IMG/VR virus record: IMGVR_UViG_3300027396_000061
Coordinates: 1 to 33,042 of that record
Reading direction: 5' to 3' (one strand)
Length of the DNA stretch: 33,042 nucleotides
DNA from: a virus
Taxonomy: Duplodnaviria > Caudoviricetes
Shown here: piece by piece, positions 19,038 through 26,379 of the stretch
How positions within the stretch are numbered: the first letter of the stretch is position 1
Layout: each line of letters opens with the position of its first letter
Position numbers and translations under genes: made by a program
The notes under the pieces: model-generated
Seen by the model: the letters and a program-made list of their open reading frames with translations, nothing else
What the model was told of the DNA's origin: nothing
Databases searched by the model: none

Positions 19038-20671
19038 GCGGTCGGTTCAGGTGGTTGTGGGTTTGCCATCTCCTGAGAGGTGGCAGCGGCATTGGCCAAC
19101 TTCTGTGGGTCGGCCATACCGGCCGCCATTGCTTGTTGAGCCATTGCCATCTGCTGCTGTTGCTGTGCTTCAGCAGCAAGTTGTTGCTCGGTCTTGACGA
19201 GACCAAGCGGGCTGATGCCCATCGAGCTGGCCAATCGCTTGATCAGCTCGCCAGGCACCACGTACTGAGCGATGCCTTCTGGGCCCAGCGTCTGCTGCAG
19301 GATCTGCATGAACCGTGCAGTCTTCTCAAGGTCATTACCGCGACCAACAGCAGCAAGGCCAACACTGACCATGGGCCTCACCAGCCCTTCAGGCAGCTTG
19401 GTCATCCCACCCTTGCGGGTGAAGAGTTCGAGTTTCCGTGCGATGTACGGCGACTGGAACTCAACCGTGAGGATTGCGTAGATCGAACCCAGAGAGTTCT
19501 CGATCTGCTGCGCCTGTAGGCGGACTTCCTCAGCTGTTGTGCGCTCAGAGTCACGCACATCCGCCAGCATCATTGCCTGCGCCAACCGCGCCTCAACGCG
19601 AGCCAGAGCAGCCATGGCAACGTTCATGTCACCACCCTTCTGGGTTTGAACGGTGAACACGTCATCAGGGTTGCCAGGCAGAAACGCACCATTGGGTGCT
19701 TCGGCCAGTTGCTTGGCGTTGGTGACACCACTGGGCTTGACCAGATGCTTCACCTGGGCGGAGATCAGTGCGCCTTCACAGACCGCACGGCTCAATGCCT
19801 CAGCGGTTTGCAGGTCAGCGATGCAAGCCGACTCGATGTAACCAGGGCCATAGCTACTGCTGTCCTGTCGGATCATGCGCAGTGGCAACCAAGGAGAGGA
19901 CTCCATGGGTGAAGAGCCATGACTGCCTTCGATCTCATGACCCTTCACCTCCTGATGCCAGCGGACACGACCATCAGCCCAGATCACGTGGGTGTAGATC
20001 CTGACTGGCTTCTCCTTCTTGCTACCCGTTAGATCCTCGTCATCAAGGATTCCCTTGAGGTCTTCCTCTTGTTCAAGCAGTTGCTTCTGCAACGGCAGAG
20101 GCAGTGCACTGAAGGCAAGTTCTTCACACACCACAGCCTCCATGGGATTACCCATGGGGTCACGCAACAGCACGTAGCGGTTGAGGTGGAAACATTGCAA
20201 CCCGTCTTCCGAGACGTAGAGCAAGCAGTTGCCAGCAACGATCAGGTGAACCAGTGCCTCATGCACAGCCACACGGTCATTGCTGGTTTCAATGCTGCGC
20301 AACACCGAAAGCTCAAGCCGGTTGAGAGCCAGCTCGATCTCAGACTTCATCTCTGCGATCTGATCTTCTGAAGCACCCGACTGCGATAGACGCAGCTCTT
20401 CTTGCTGCATGGCCACCTCATCCACGGTGAAGCGGAAGAAGCTCTCCGTAGGAGGGAGAAGAGCAAGAAGAAGACGAGAAGCCAGATTGTGAACACCGCG
20501 AGCCCCAATACCGTTCCACGGCAGAAGGTGAACGTCCTTGTTCTCCCGTACAGGTTCGTTACTGCGTGGGATCAGGTATGGAATCGTGAGACGTGCTGCA
20601 TCACGCGCTCGCTCCAGGTAGTAATCGCGGTCGGTCCGCAGCTGGTCATAACGCTTCTGTGCTGAGGCCAT
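19034..20671 (-). CDS. Portal / head-tail connector (gp8)
   Basis: GIGARGVHNLASRLLLALLPP, RDSERTTAEEVR, GRGNDL. Confidence 0.96.
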   Translation of the reverse strand: MASAQKRYDQLRTDRDYYLERARDAARLTIPYLIPRSNEPVRENKDVHLLPWNGIGARGVHNLASRLLLALLPPTESFFRFTVDEVAMQQEELRLSQSGASEDQIAEMKSEIELALNRLELSVLRSIETSNDRVAVHEALVHLIVAGNCLLYVSEDGLQCFHLNRYVLLRDPMGNPMEAVVCEELAFSALPLPLQKQLLEQEEDLKGILDDEDLTGSKKEKPVRIYTHVIWADGRVRWHQEVKGHEIEGSHGSSPMESSPWLPLRMIRQDSSSYGPGYIESACIADLQTAEALSRAVCEGALISAQVKHLVKPSGVTNAKQLAEAPNGAFLPGNPDDVFTVQTQKGGDMNVAMAALARVEARLAQAMMLADVRDSERTTAEEVRLQAQQIENSLGSIYAILTVEFQSPYIARKLELFTRKGGMTKLPEGLVRPMVSVGLAAVGRGNDLEKTARFMQILQQTLGPEGIAQYVVPGELIKRLASSMGISPLGLVKTEQQLAAEAQQQQQMAMAQQAMAAGMADPQKLANAAATSQEMANPQPPEPTA

Positions 20672-20674
20672 TGC

Positions 20675-21259
20675 TTACACCGCGAGATTGGAGCCGCTGC
20701 CGGCTCTGGAACCAGTGGTGCCCATCCGAAGAGAGGCAGTAGTGCTGCGAGCACCGGCGCGACCAGCAGTCGGCTTGGATGTCGAAGCTGTAGGGGCCTG
20801 ACCTCCTGCTTGGGCCAGGATCTGCAGGGACTGAGAGACGGCCTGTCCGCGAGAGCGGATGCCGGCAACACGCTCAGCCTGTTGAGCACGCAGCTCTTCG
20901 GTCTGAACCTTCTGCTGAGCCTGCTGCTCAGCCATGCGGTTCTGGTAGCTGATCATCTCTGCCTGCTGCTGAGCGGCCAGCGCACTGCGCTCTGCTGCCA
21001 AGCGACGAGGCGTGTCACGGCGGTACTGCTCATCAGCAATCGCCTTCAGCTGCGCCTCCCGAAACCTGATCTCATTGGCATTAGCGTCATTGCGCTCGAT
21101 CCGGCTCAGATACTCACGGCCTTGCTCGGACTGGATGCGCAGGCCAAGGTCATCAACCCCACCGAAGTTGAAGGTGGGATTGGGGTTGTCGTACAGCTGC
21201 TTGACGAGAGGCGGCGTGTACGAAGCAGATGGCCCCTGCTTGGTCGATCCGGTGCACAT
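20675..21259 (-). CDS. gp6.7/7.3-like small virion protein (paralogue 3)
   Basis: MCTGS N-terminus, Q-rich coil, C-terminal SLRM...GSGSNLAV. Directly upstream of the portal gene. Confidence 0.6.
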   Translation of the reverse strand: MCTGSTKQGPSASYTPPLVKQLYDNPNPTFNFGGVDDLGLRIQSEQGREYLSRIERNDANANEIRFREAQLKAIADEQYRRDTPRRLAAERSALAAQQQAEMISYQNRMAEQQAQQKVQTEELRAQQAERVAGIRSRGQAVSQSLQILAQAGGQAPTASTSKPTAGRAGARSTTASLRMGTTGSRAGSGSNLAV

Positions 21260-21261
21260 GA

Positions 21262-21663
21262 TCAGACTCCGATGTTGAGACCGGTGCCAGCACCGCTAGG
21301 CAGTGCAGCTGTGCTGATGCGCAGGTTGCTCTTGGGCTTCTCCTTCTTGACGGTTGCCGCTGTGGTCTGAGCAGAAGAGGGTGCCTCGGACTGGGTAGCT
21401 GTCGCGGCATAGGCGCCGGTCTGCTGTGCTGCTGCAGAAGCTGCTGCCGCTGCAGCCTCGGTGTCGTATTTGGTCTTCAGTGAAGCGGTCTCAGCATTGG
21501 CGGCATCAATCTGCTGCTGCAGTTGGGTGTTGAACATTGCTGACTGCTGCTGCATCTGGGTCTTGTACTGATCCAGCGCCGCCTGATTGGCAGCAATGTC
21601 AGCGTCACTCGGGCCCTGGTAGGTGATCTGCGGGGCTTGAGGCTGGGATCCTCCGAAACACAT
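21262..21663 (-). CDS. gp6.7/7.3-like small virion protein (paralogue 2)
   Basis: MCFGGSQP start with an AGGAG RBS, and C-terminal KSNLRI...GAGTGLNIGV. Confidence 0.7.
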   Translation of the reverse strand: MCFGGSQPQAPQITYQGPSDADIAANQAALDQYKTQMQQQSAMFNTQLQQQIDAANAETASLKTKYDTEAAAAAASAAAQQTGAYAATATQSEAPSSAQTTAATVKKEKPKSNLRISTAALPSGAGTGLNIGV

Positions 21664-21673
21664 GGCTGGTCTC

Positions 21674-22069
21674 CTAGGTGATGTTGAGGCCAGCTCCCTG
21701 GCCAGAGCTGGTGGCAACAGGGCGGTTGATCCTTAAAGCGGATTTGCCCTTGAAGGTCTTGCGGTTCTGGTCAGCAGCAGTGACCGGAGCCTCTGCTGTC
21801 TTCTCTGGAGGCGGCGCACCGATCAACGCTGCAAGCCGTGCGGCCTGAGCGCTGGTGTCATTGGCCCTCTGGGTTTCGAGATCACGCAGCTGGGTGAGCT
21901 GCTCTTGCTGACGAGAGAGAACAGAGTTCAACTCGTTCTGCTTGATCTTGATCGCGTTGTCCTGAACGGACTGCATCGCACTGATCTGCGATTGCGCCAT
22001 CCGGTCGTATGCACCGGTGTCAGGCATCGTGATGGTGGCGCCACCACCGCCGCCCCCTCCAAAGCACAT
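21674..22069 (-). CDS. gp6.7/7.3-like small virion protein (paralogue 1)
   Basis: MCFGGGG start and C-terminal KSALRI...GQGAGLNIT. Confidence 0.7.
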   Translation of the reverse strand: MCFGGGGGGGATITMPDTGAYDRMAQSQISAMQSVQDNAIKIKQNELNSVLSRQQEQLTQLRDLETQRANDTSAQAARLAALIGAPPPEKTAEAPVTAADQNRKTFKGKSALRINRPVATSSGQGAGLNIT

Positions 22070-22254
22070 CAGAGTTCCTCCACTGAGAAAGGTCCTTCTT
22101 CCTGCTCCTCCAGCTTGGAAGCAAGCCAGCGAACAACAGAGACCTGGCCGGCCTTAAACCACACCTGCTTCTCATTCCAGTCCAGGTCTGGGGCCTGGTC
22201 AGGAAACTGAGCAGCCAATGCAGCCACCAGCTGTTCAGATAAGCGCGGAAGCAT
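22069..22254 (-). CDS. Small conserved podophage protein (gp6.5 position)
   Basis: L..QFPD.APD......VWFKAGQVSVVRWL pattern, located after the exonuclease. Confidence 0.65.
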   Translation of the reverse strand: MLPRLSEQLVAALAAQFPDQAPDLDWNEKQVWFKAGQVSVVRWLASKLEEQEEGPFSVEEL

Positions 22255-22277
22255 AGTCACGGTGAAGGTCTCTATGG

Positions 22278-23021
22278 TCAGGCTACCGGCGGGTTCCAGA
22301 GGATCGGAACTCCCCGTTCATGGTCATACTCACCGCTGCGCAGTATTCGTGCACATCGGGCTTGTGTGATCGCATAGCGCTGATCAAAGCCTGCCTTCTC
22401 ATAGGCAGCCAGCACCTTGCTCCACATCTCCAGTTCAGTGAGACAACCAGCCAATAACTTGGCAGCTGTCACCGGGCCGTACTTCGGACAACCGGGATAG
22501 TTATCCGCTGAATCACCGGTCAGCACCTGGGTGTAGAAGGCGAGATCTGCTTCCCGCAGGCTGATGTGCTCGACCTGACCATCAACAAGGTGACGACCCG
22601 GCAGGGTCTTCATGTCCTTGTCCATGCTGTAGATCACGTCGCCTTCCTCATAGAGGATGCCGAGCACGTCATCACCCTCGACCTCGGGCAGGCGAGCGAT
22701 GTTCCAGCCGCAGGAGGCTGCAGCTGTAGACACCCACTCGATCAGTGCGCCGTAGCCAGCAGGGCGACGCATCTTCTTGCGTTGTGCCTTGTACTTCGGC
22801 CACACCCCATAACGGAAGGTGCTGCTATCGCTGAAGACCAGCATCGGCTGAGCAGCAGGCACGGCTTCCATTGCCAGAGCGATCTGCTCTTGGAAGCCGA
22901 GCTTCGCGTCGGAATGACGGCACATGTAGGTCCAGTCATCCCCGTGCCAGTTGATCTCCACCTCCGAGCCGGCAGCGGCGCGGTAGAGGAAATACTCGGC
23001 ATCAACCAGCAGCTTTGACAT
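22278..23021 (-). CDS. 5'-3' exonuclease (T7 gp6-like)
   Basis: LLVDAEY, FRY...P.YKAQR, EGDDVLG, SMDKDM, LTGDSADNYPGCP..GPVTA. Confidence 0.92.
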   Translation of the reverse strand: MSKLLVDAEYFLYRAAAGSEVEINWHGDDWTYMCRHSDAKLGFQEQIALAMEAVPAAQPMLVFSDSSTFRYGVWPKYKAQRKKMRRPAGYGALIEWVSTAAASCGWNIARLPEVEGDDVLGILYEEGDVIYSMDKDMKTLPGRHLVDGQVEHISLREADLAFYTQVLTGDSADNYPGCPKYGPVTAAKLLAGCLTELEMWSKVLAAYEKAGFDQRYAITQARCARILRSGEYDHERGVPILWNPPVA

Positions 23022-23220
23022 AGGGGTAGAGCGGGAGGATGCGTGGATCAAGGCAAGGCGTCACCTGTTCCAATGGCTGACCGGTGTAGAAGATCTGGCC
23101 ACAGCAGAAGCATTTGCGACGCCTCATGCGAAATCCACGCTTGAGGAAGGTCTGCTGACAGCGGGTGTCACCACTGCCGCAACCAGGGCAGGGCGGATGG
23201 TTAGGACTCTTGATCCCCAT
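23002..23220 (-). CDS. Stand-alone NrdR-like zinc-ribbon protein
   Basis: CPGCGSGDTR...RMRRRKCFCCGQIFYT. Confidence 0.7.
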   Translation of the reverse strand: MGIKSPNHPPCPGCGSGDTRCQQTFLKRGFRMRRRKCFCCGQIFYTGQPLEQVTPCLDPRILPLYPYVKAAG

Positions 23221-23434
23221 CCTTCTTCTCCGGTGTTTCGCAATCGCGCTTGATCCGATCCGCGATCTCATTGGTCATCAGGAAACAGATCCGGGCCTGG
23301 CTTTCATCCGGTGCCCAGGTTCTGATCTCCTCAGCCAGGTGGTAAAGCACCGCCTTCATCCGACGGCGATCGTCAATGCCGTACTCAGCAAAAGACCAGT
23401 ACAGCTCAGTGCAGGCATCAAGAAGGTTGCTCAT
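23201..23434 (-). CDS. Hypothetical protein
   Basis: 77 aa ORF overlapping both neighbours in a tightly packed operon. Confidence 0.6.
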   Translation of the reverse strand: MSNLLDACTELYWSFAEYGIDDRRRMKAVLYHLAEEIRTWAPDESQARICFLMTNEIADRIKRDCETPEKKDGDQES

Positions 23435-23664
23435 TTGATGATTTCGATAGAGGCCTCAGGCCAACGGTTCTGGGCGTAGTGCAGTGCTCGCTTGGCGGTC
23501 TCCGCCTGCATCACCACACGCATCGGTTGTGTCCTGGCAAAGCGCACCAGGAGTCGAAACTCCCTGGTTCGCACCTTGGCGGCGGGCCGGCTAATCCCCT
23601 CGCCGAGATTGGGGGCGCCCTCATACGCCTCCATCGTTCCGCCGAAACTCGTTCTATTGGCCAT
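23431..23664 (-). CDS. Hypothetical protein
   Basis: ATG 23664 overlaps the upstream ORF end, and the stop overlaps the next ATG. Confidence 0.6.
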   Translation of the reverse strand: MANRTSFGGTMEAYEGAPNLGEGISRPAAKVRTREFRLLVRFARTQPMRVVMQAETAKRALHYAQNRWPEASIEIIK

Positions 23665-23842
23665 CAGCTTCGAGAATGTGATCACAGGCCCGCAGGTAGC
23701 CGTCCCACCAGGAGGCAACCGTTGATTGGCCGTTGGTCATCGCGTCGTTGTACGAACGGATCGCCATCTCCTTCAGGCGCGTGATTGTCTCGTGGCTCAC
23801 GTCCAGCAGCGGCTCACTGGAACTTGATGCTTCGTGTGTCAT
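23654..23842 (-). CDS. Hypothetical protein
   Basis: Short ORF with a WWDGYLRA motif. Start is uncertain. Confidence 0.55.
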   Translation of the reverse strand: MTHEASSSSEPLLDVSHETITRLKEMAIRSYNDAMTNGQSTVASWWDGYLRACDHILEADGQ

Positions 23843-23987
23843 AGACCCTCGTGATTTTTTCGGTGCTGCCCACGTACCAGAGGACGCTGCAGCTGTTCTC
23901 GTAGACGGCGGCGATGGTGCCCTTCTTCCAACCAGAAGCGGTGTAGAAGCGAACAGTCATCCCCTTGCGAAGCGACCCCCAGTTCAC
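23814..23987 (-). CDS. Small hypothetical protein (57 aa, SH3/KOW-like beta pattern), not in ORF track
   Basis: GTG overlaps the upstream TGA. Translates to MNWGSLRKGMTVRFYTASGWKKGTIAAVYENSCSVLWYVGSTEKITRVYDTRSIKFQ and fills the gap exactly. Confidence 0.6.
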   Translation of the reverse strand: MNWGSLRKGMTVRFYTASGWKKGTIAAVYENSCSVLWYVGSTEKITRVYDTRSIKFQ

Positions 23988-24193
23988 AGATACCCTCGAT
24001 GGTTGTGTTTCCTGTATGCCTCCATGTCCCGGAAGGACATGTCCAAGAACTTGGGATTGGCCTCTAGGAACTCACGACTCGGAAGGATGGGATCTTTCGC
24101 TTTTGCGTTGAACTGTTGGATGGACCACTTCCCTGTAACCAAGCCCCGTTCAAGGATTCCCCTGAGCTGAGCCTCGGTCATCAGAGGTTCCAT
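23984..24193 (-). CDS. Hypothetical protein
   Basis: 69 aa ORF with a GAGGAGG RBS upstream. Confidence 0.65.
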   Translation of the reverse strand: MEPLMTEAQLRGILERGLVTGKWSIQQFNAKAKDPILPSREFLEANPKFLDMSFRDMEAYRKHNHRGYL

Positions 24194-24713
24194 CTGTTTC
24201 CTCCTCAGCGAGTTGTTTGAGATACGCGGCCCACTGCCGTGGTGTCAGCCCTGTTGATTCAGAAGCTGCTGGTAGAGCGGGCCATTGTTCAGTCGTGAAC
24301 ACCTGATAGGCCCCGGAGTTATGCGGGTCAGGTGATGCAGCAATGGATTGCGGCGAGGGAGGCAACGCCGCCAGCTGTTGCGCTGAAGGCTGCAGCTGAA
24401 TGGGCAAGGAATCCTTGAACCCCCAGCTGCGATTGGCCTGTCCGTTCTCGCTGCGATACAGCGGCGACATCAACTCCTTCCACGTGGGATAGCGGAGGAA
24501 GTCCTTGCCACCGGTGTCCTGCAGCCATTGCTCTGCAGACCAGAGGAACTGAGCGTCATTCACCTCTGGAAACTCAGCGGTGAAGGACACGTATTTGAGC
24601 TGACAGATCTGAGGCGCCCAGCGATCGGCCTCCTTGATGCGCAGTTGTGCTGCGACCATCTCAGCTACCGCCAGGAATGTTTCGATCGTCAGCCCGCTGC
24701 TCTGGTATTCCAT
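24150..24713 (-). CDS. Putative helicase loader/inhibitor (G39P/lambda P position)
   Basis: F.EV.DAQF.WSAEQWL...F.RYPTWKEL resembles the loader-family pattern. Coupled downstream of the initiator-like gene. Confidence 0.5.
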   Translation of the reverse strand: MEYQSSGLTIETFLAVAEMVAAQLRIKEADRWAPQICQLKYVSFTAEFPEVNDAQFLWSAEQWLQDTGGKDFLRYPTWKELMSPLYRSENGQANRSWGFKDSLPIQLQPSAQQLAALPPSPQSIAASPDPHNSGAYQVFTTEQWPALPAASESTGLTPRQWAAYLKQLAEEETDGTSDDRGSAQGNP

Positions 24714-25261
24714 TGCTCAATGGCGGCTTGCATCGCCGAAGACTTCGGCTGAAGACCAGAGGCCGGCGGTGGTGGCACATCCTTCAGGTACTCAGGCTTG
24801 AGTGCCTGCCATCCGTGTTCAACACCGGCCTGCGCCAAGACCAACTGCTTCCAGTTCGGAAGAGCAGCAAGGCGCAGGATGCTCTGCTTCCAGGCGTTCT
24901 CAGTCCAGGCAGCCTTTGAACCGTGCTTACTCAGACGGCTCTCGTTCCACCAGGAGAGAAGTGCCTCGCACACCTCTGGCTCAAACGGTTCCAGAAGGGG
25001 GTCAGCCGGCTGCGCGACAAACCGTTCCAGCGCTTTGCGCCGTACTGGCTTGACCTCAGCTGGTTCTGGATCTCCTTCTGCTTCTGGTTCAACAGAGCTT
25101 TCAAACCATCCAGCCGCTCGGCCTGCGTAGACCGCCACCCGCTCAAACGTCGTGAACGTCTTACCGCAACCACGGCAAATACGAATACGGCGATCGTGAT
25201 CAGGGTTCGCTCTGGTTTCACTAACTCTGGAATCAGGGTGATTGCAATGGGGACAGTTCAC
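24689..25261 (-). CDS. NrdR-like Zn ribbon fused to replication-initiator-like C-terminal domain
   Basis: GTG start overlaps the rusA stop. N-terminus CPHCNHPDSRVSETR...RRIRICRGCGKTFTTFERV; C-terminus WWNESR..K...WTENAWK..L..L...GVEHGWQAL. Confidence 0.6.
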   Translation of the reverse strand: MNCPHCNHPDSRVSETRANPDHDRRIRICRGCGKTFTTFERVAVYAGRAAGWFESSVEPEAEGDPEPAEVKPVRRKALERFVAQPADPLLEPFEPEVCEALLSWWNESRLSKHGSKAAWTENAWKQSILRLAALPNWKQLVLAQAGVEHGWQALKPEYLKDVPPPPASGLQPKSSAMQAAIEQWNTRAAG

Positions 25262-25620
25262 TGATAGATGACTTTGAGAACAATGAATTGATCCGCTTTC
25301 TTGCTGCCGACCCACTCCAACTCCAAGCGGCGGATAACAGTCACTCGATCAGAAGCCCAGACCACACCTTGACCTGCATCCATGACGGCACCGGCAAGGT
25401 TGTCCAGATCGCTGGTCCCAGGACCGTGGAAGATCATGTGGATAGCGATGACTTCCCCTTTCTCAAGAGGTGGATGTGGCCACCACTCGGAAAGGATCGA
25501 AGCGGTGTTCTCCATCCAGGCCCGGTACTTCTCATCGGTGTAGGCCTTGCCAAACCGGCGGAAGCGCGGACGTGCCTTGGGCTGGAGATTGACAGGCAGA
25601 ACGAAGTCCGCCTGCTTCAT
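25258..25620 (-). CDS. rusA: RusA-family Holliday junction resolvase
   Basis: PKARPRF...DLDNL...MDA..GVVW.SD motifs, 120 aa. Confidence 0.85.
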   Translation of the reverse strand: MKQADFVLPVNLQPKARPRFRRFGKAYTDEKYRAWMENTASILSEWWPHPPLEKGEVIAIHMIFHGPGTSDLDNLAGAVMDAGQGVVWASDRVTVIRRLELEWVGSKKADQFIVLKVIYQ

Positions 25621-26285
25621 CAGAAGGGGACTTCCTCAGCGAGCACATCAGCGGCTTCGGCTTGCACCTCAGCAGCGCGTGCCTTCAGCTTTTCGGCGAA
25701 GGTCGGCTCATCGTTGAAGGGGACAGCAGCAGCAGGGGTATCCACCACGTAGCCCTCTTCCTCGCCAAAGACGCTCTCAACCGCCTCCTTCGAGTAGCCA
25801 ACCAGCTCGATGACCTGGACTGATTCCAGTTCGAGACTCATTCCCTTGCCGCTGGGGCCAGACCAGGGCCAGGGGGTGAAGGCCACTTTGATCTTGCTGC
25901 CGTTGCCGATCAGCTGGTCATGGGGCCAGTAGTTCTTCTTGGAATCCAGGACGATCGGACCATCCTTGATGCCGCCGCGTGCAGTCTCCTGCTTGCGCTT
26001 GAAGTTGAACTTGACCTTGCCGGTGGGGACAGGGCGACCCTTCTCATCCTTGATGGTCTCCTCAGCAAAGGGCCAGCCATGCGTGGCGACCTTGGGCTTG
26101 GAGCCATGGAACTCCTCAAAGGAGGCTTCCAGTCGCTCAATGAAGGCAATCGTCTCGGGATCCTGGGGATCAAGGAGCAGGGAGACGGACCACGCTTTGG
26201 GGTTGTCCTCATAGGCGGTGGGTTCGCCAAGGATCTTTGCCCAGAGCGCCTCACCCCGTGGGGAGACGATCAGCTCGCGTGCCAT
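25620..26285 (-). CDS. ssDNA-binding protein (T7 gp2.5-like)
   Basis: SPRGEALWAK..EP, IGNGSKIKV, SLELESVQVIELV and an acidic tail ending in F. ATG 26285. Confidence 0.9.
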   Translation of the reverse strand: MARELIVSPRGEALWAKILGEPTAYEDNPKAWSVSLLLDPQDPETIAFIERLEASFEEFHGSKPKVATHGWPFAEETIKDEKGRPVPTGKVKFNFKRKQETARGGIKDGPIVLDSKKNYWPHDQLIGNGSKIKVAFTPWPWSGPSGKGMSLELESVQVIELVGYSKEAVESVFGEEEGYVVDTPAAAVPFNDEPTFAEKLKARAAEVQAEAADVLAEEVPF

Positions 26286-26291
26286 GTGTTC

Positions 26292-26342
26292 TGCACAGGT
26301 GGGGAACAGCGCGACCGTAGTGGCGTAGGTGTGGCCGCGCAA
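26292..26342 (-). promoter_or_regulatory. Sigma70-like promoter for SSB operon plus TGCACAGGTG box
   Basis: Minus strand TTGCGC(26342-26337)-N17-TACGGT(26319-26314). Box at 26292-26301 is inverted relative to the copies at 3417 and 16896. Confidence 0.45.
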
Positions 26343-26379
26343 GACCCCTAGGAGGAGTCCGATTGGGTTCAATCTGAGA

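Noticed and set aside
25055-25095. Short GAACCAG/CAGAA repeats in the initiator-like gene as possible origin iterons
   Set aside because: Too short and irregular, and explained by the Glu/Pro linker coding.
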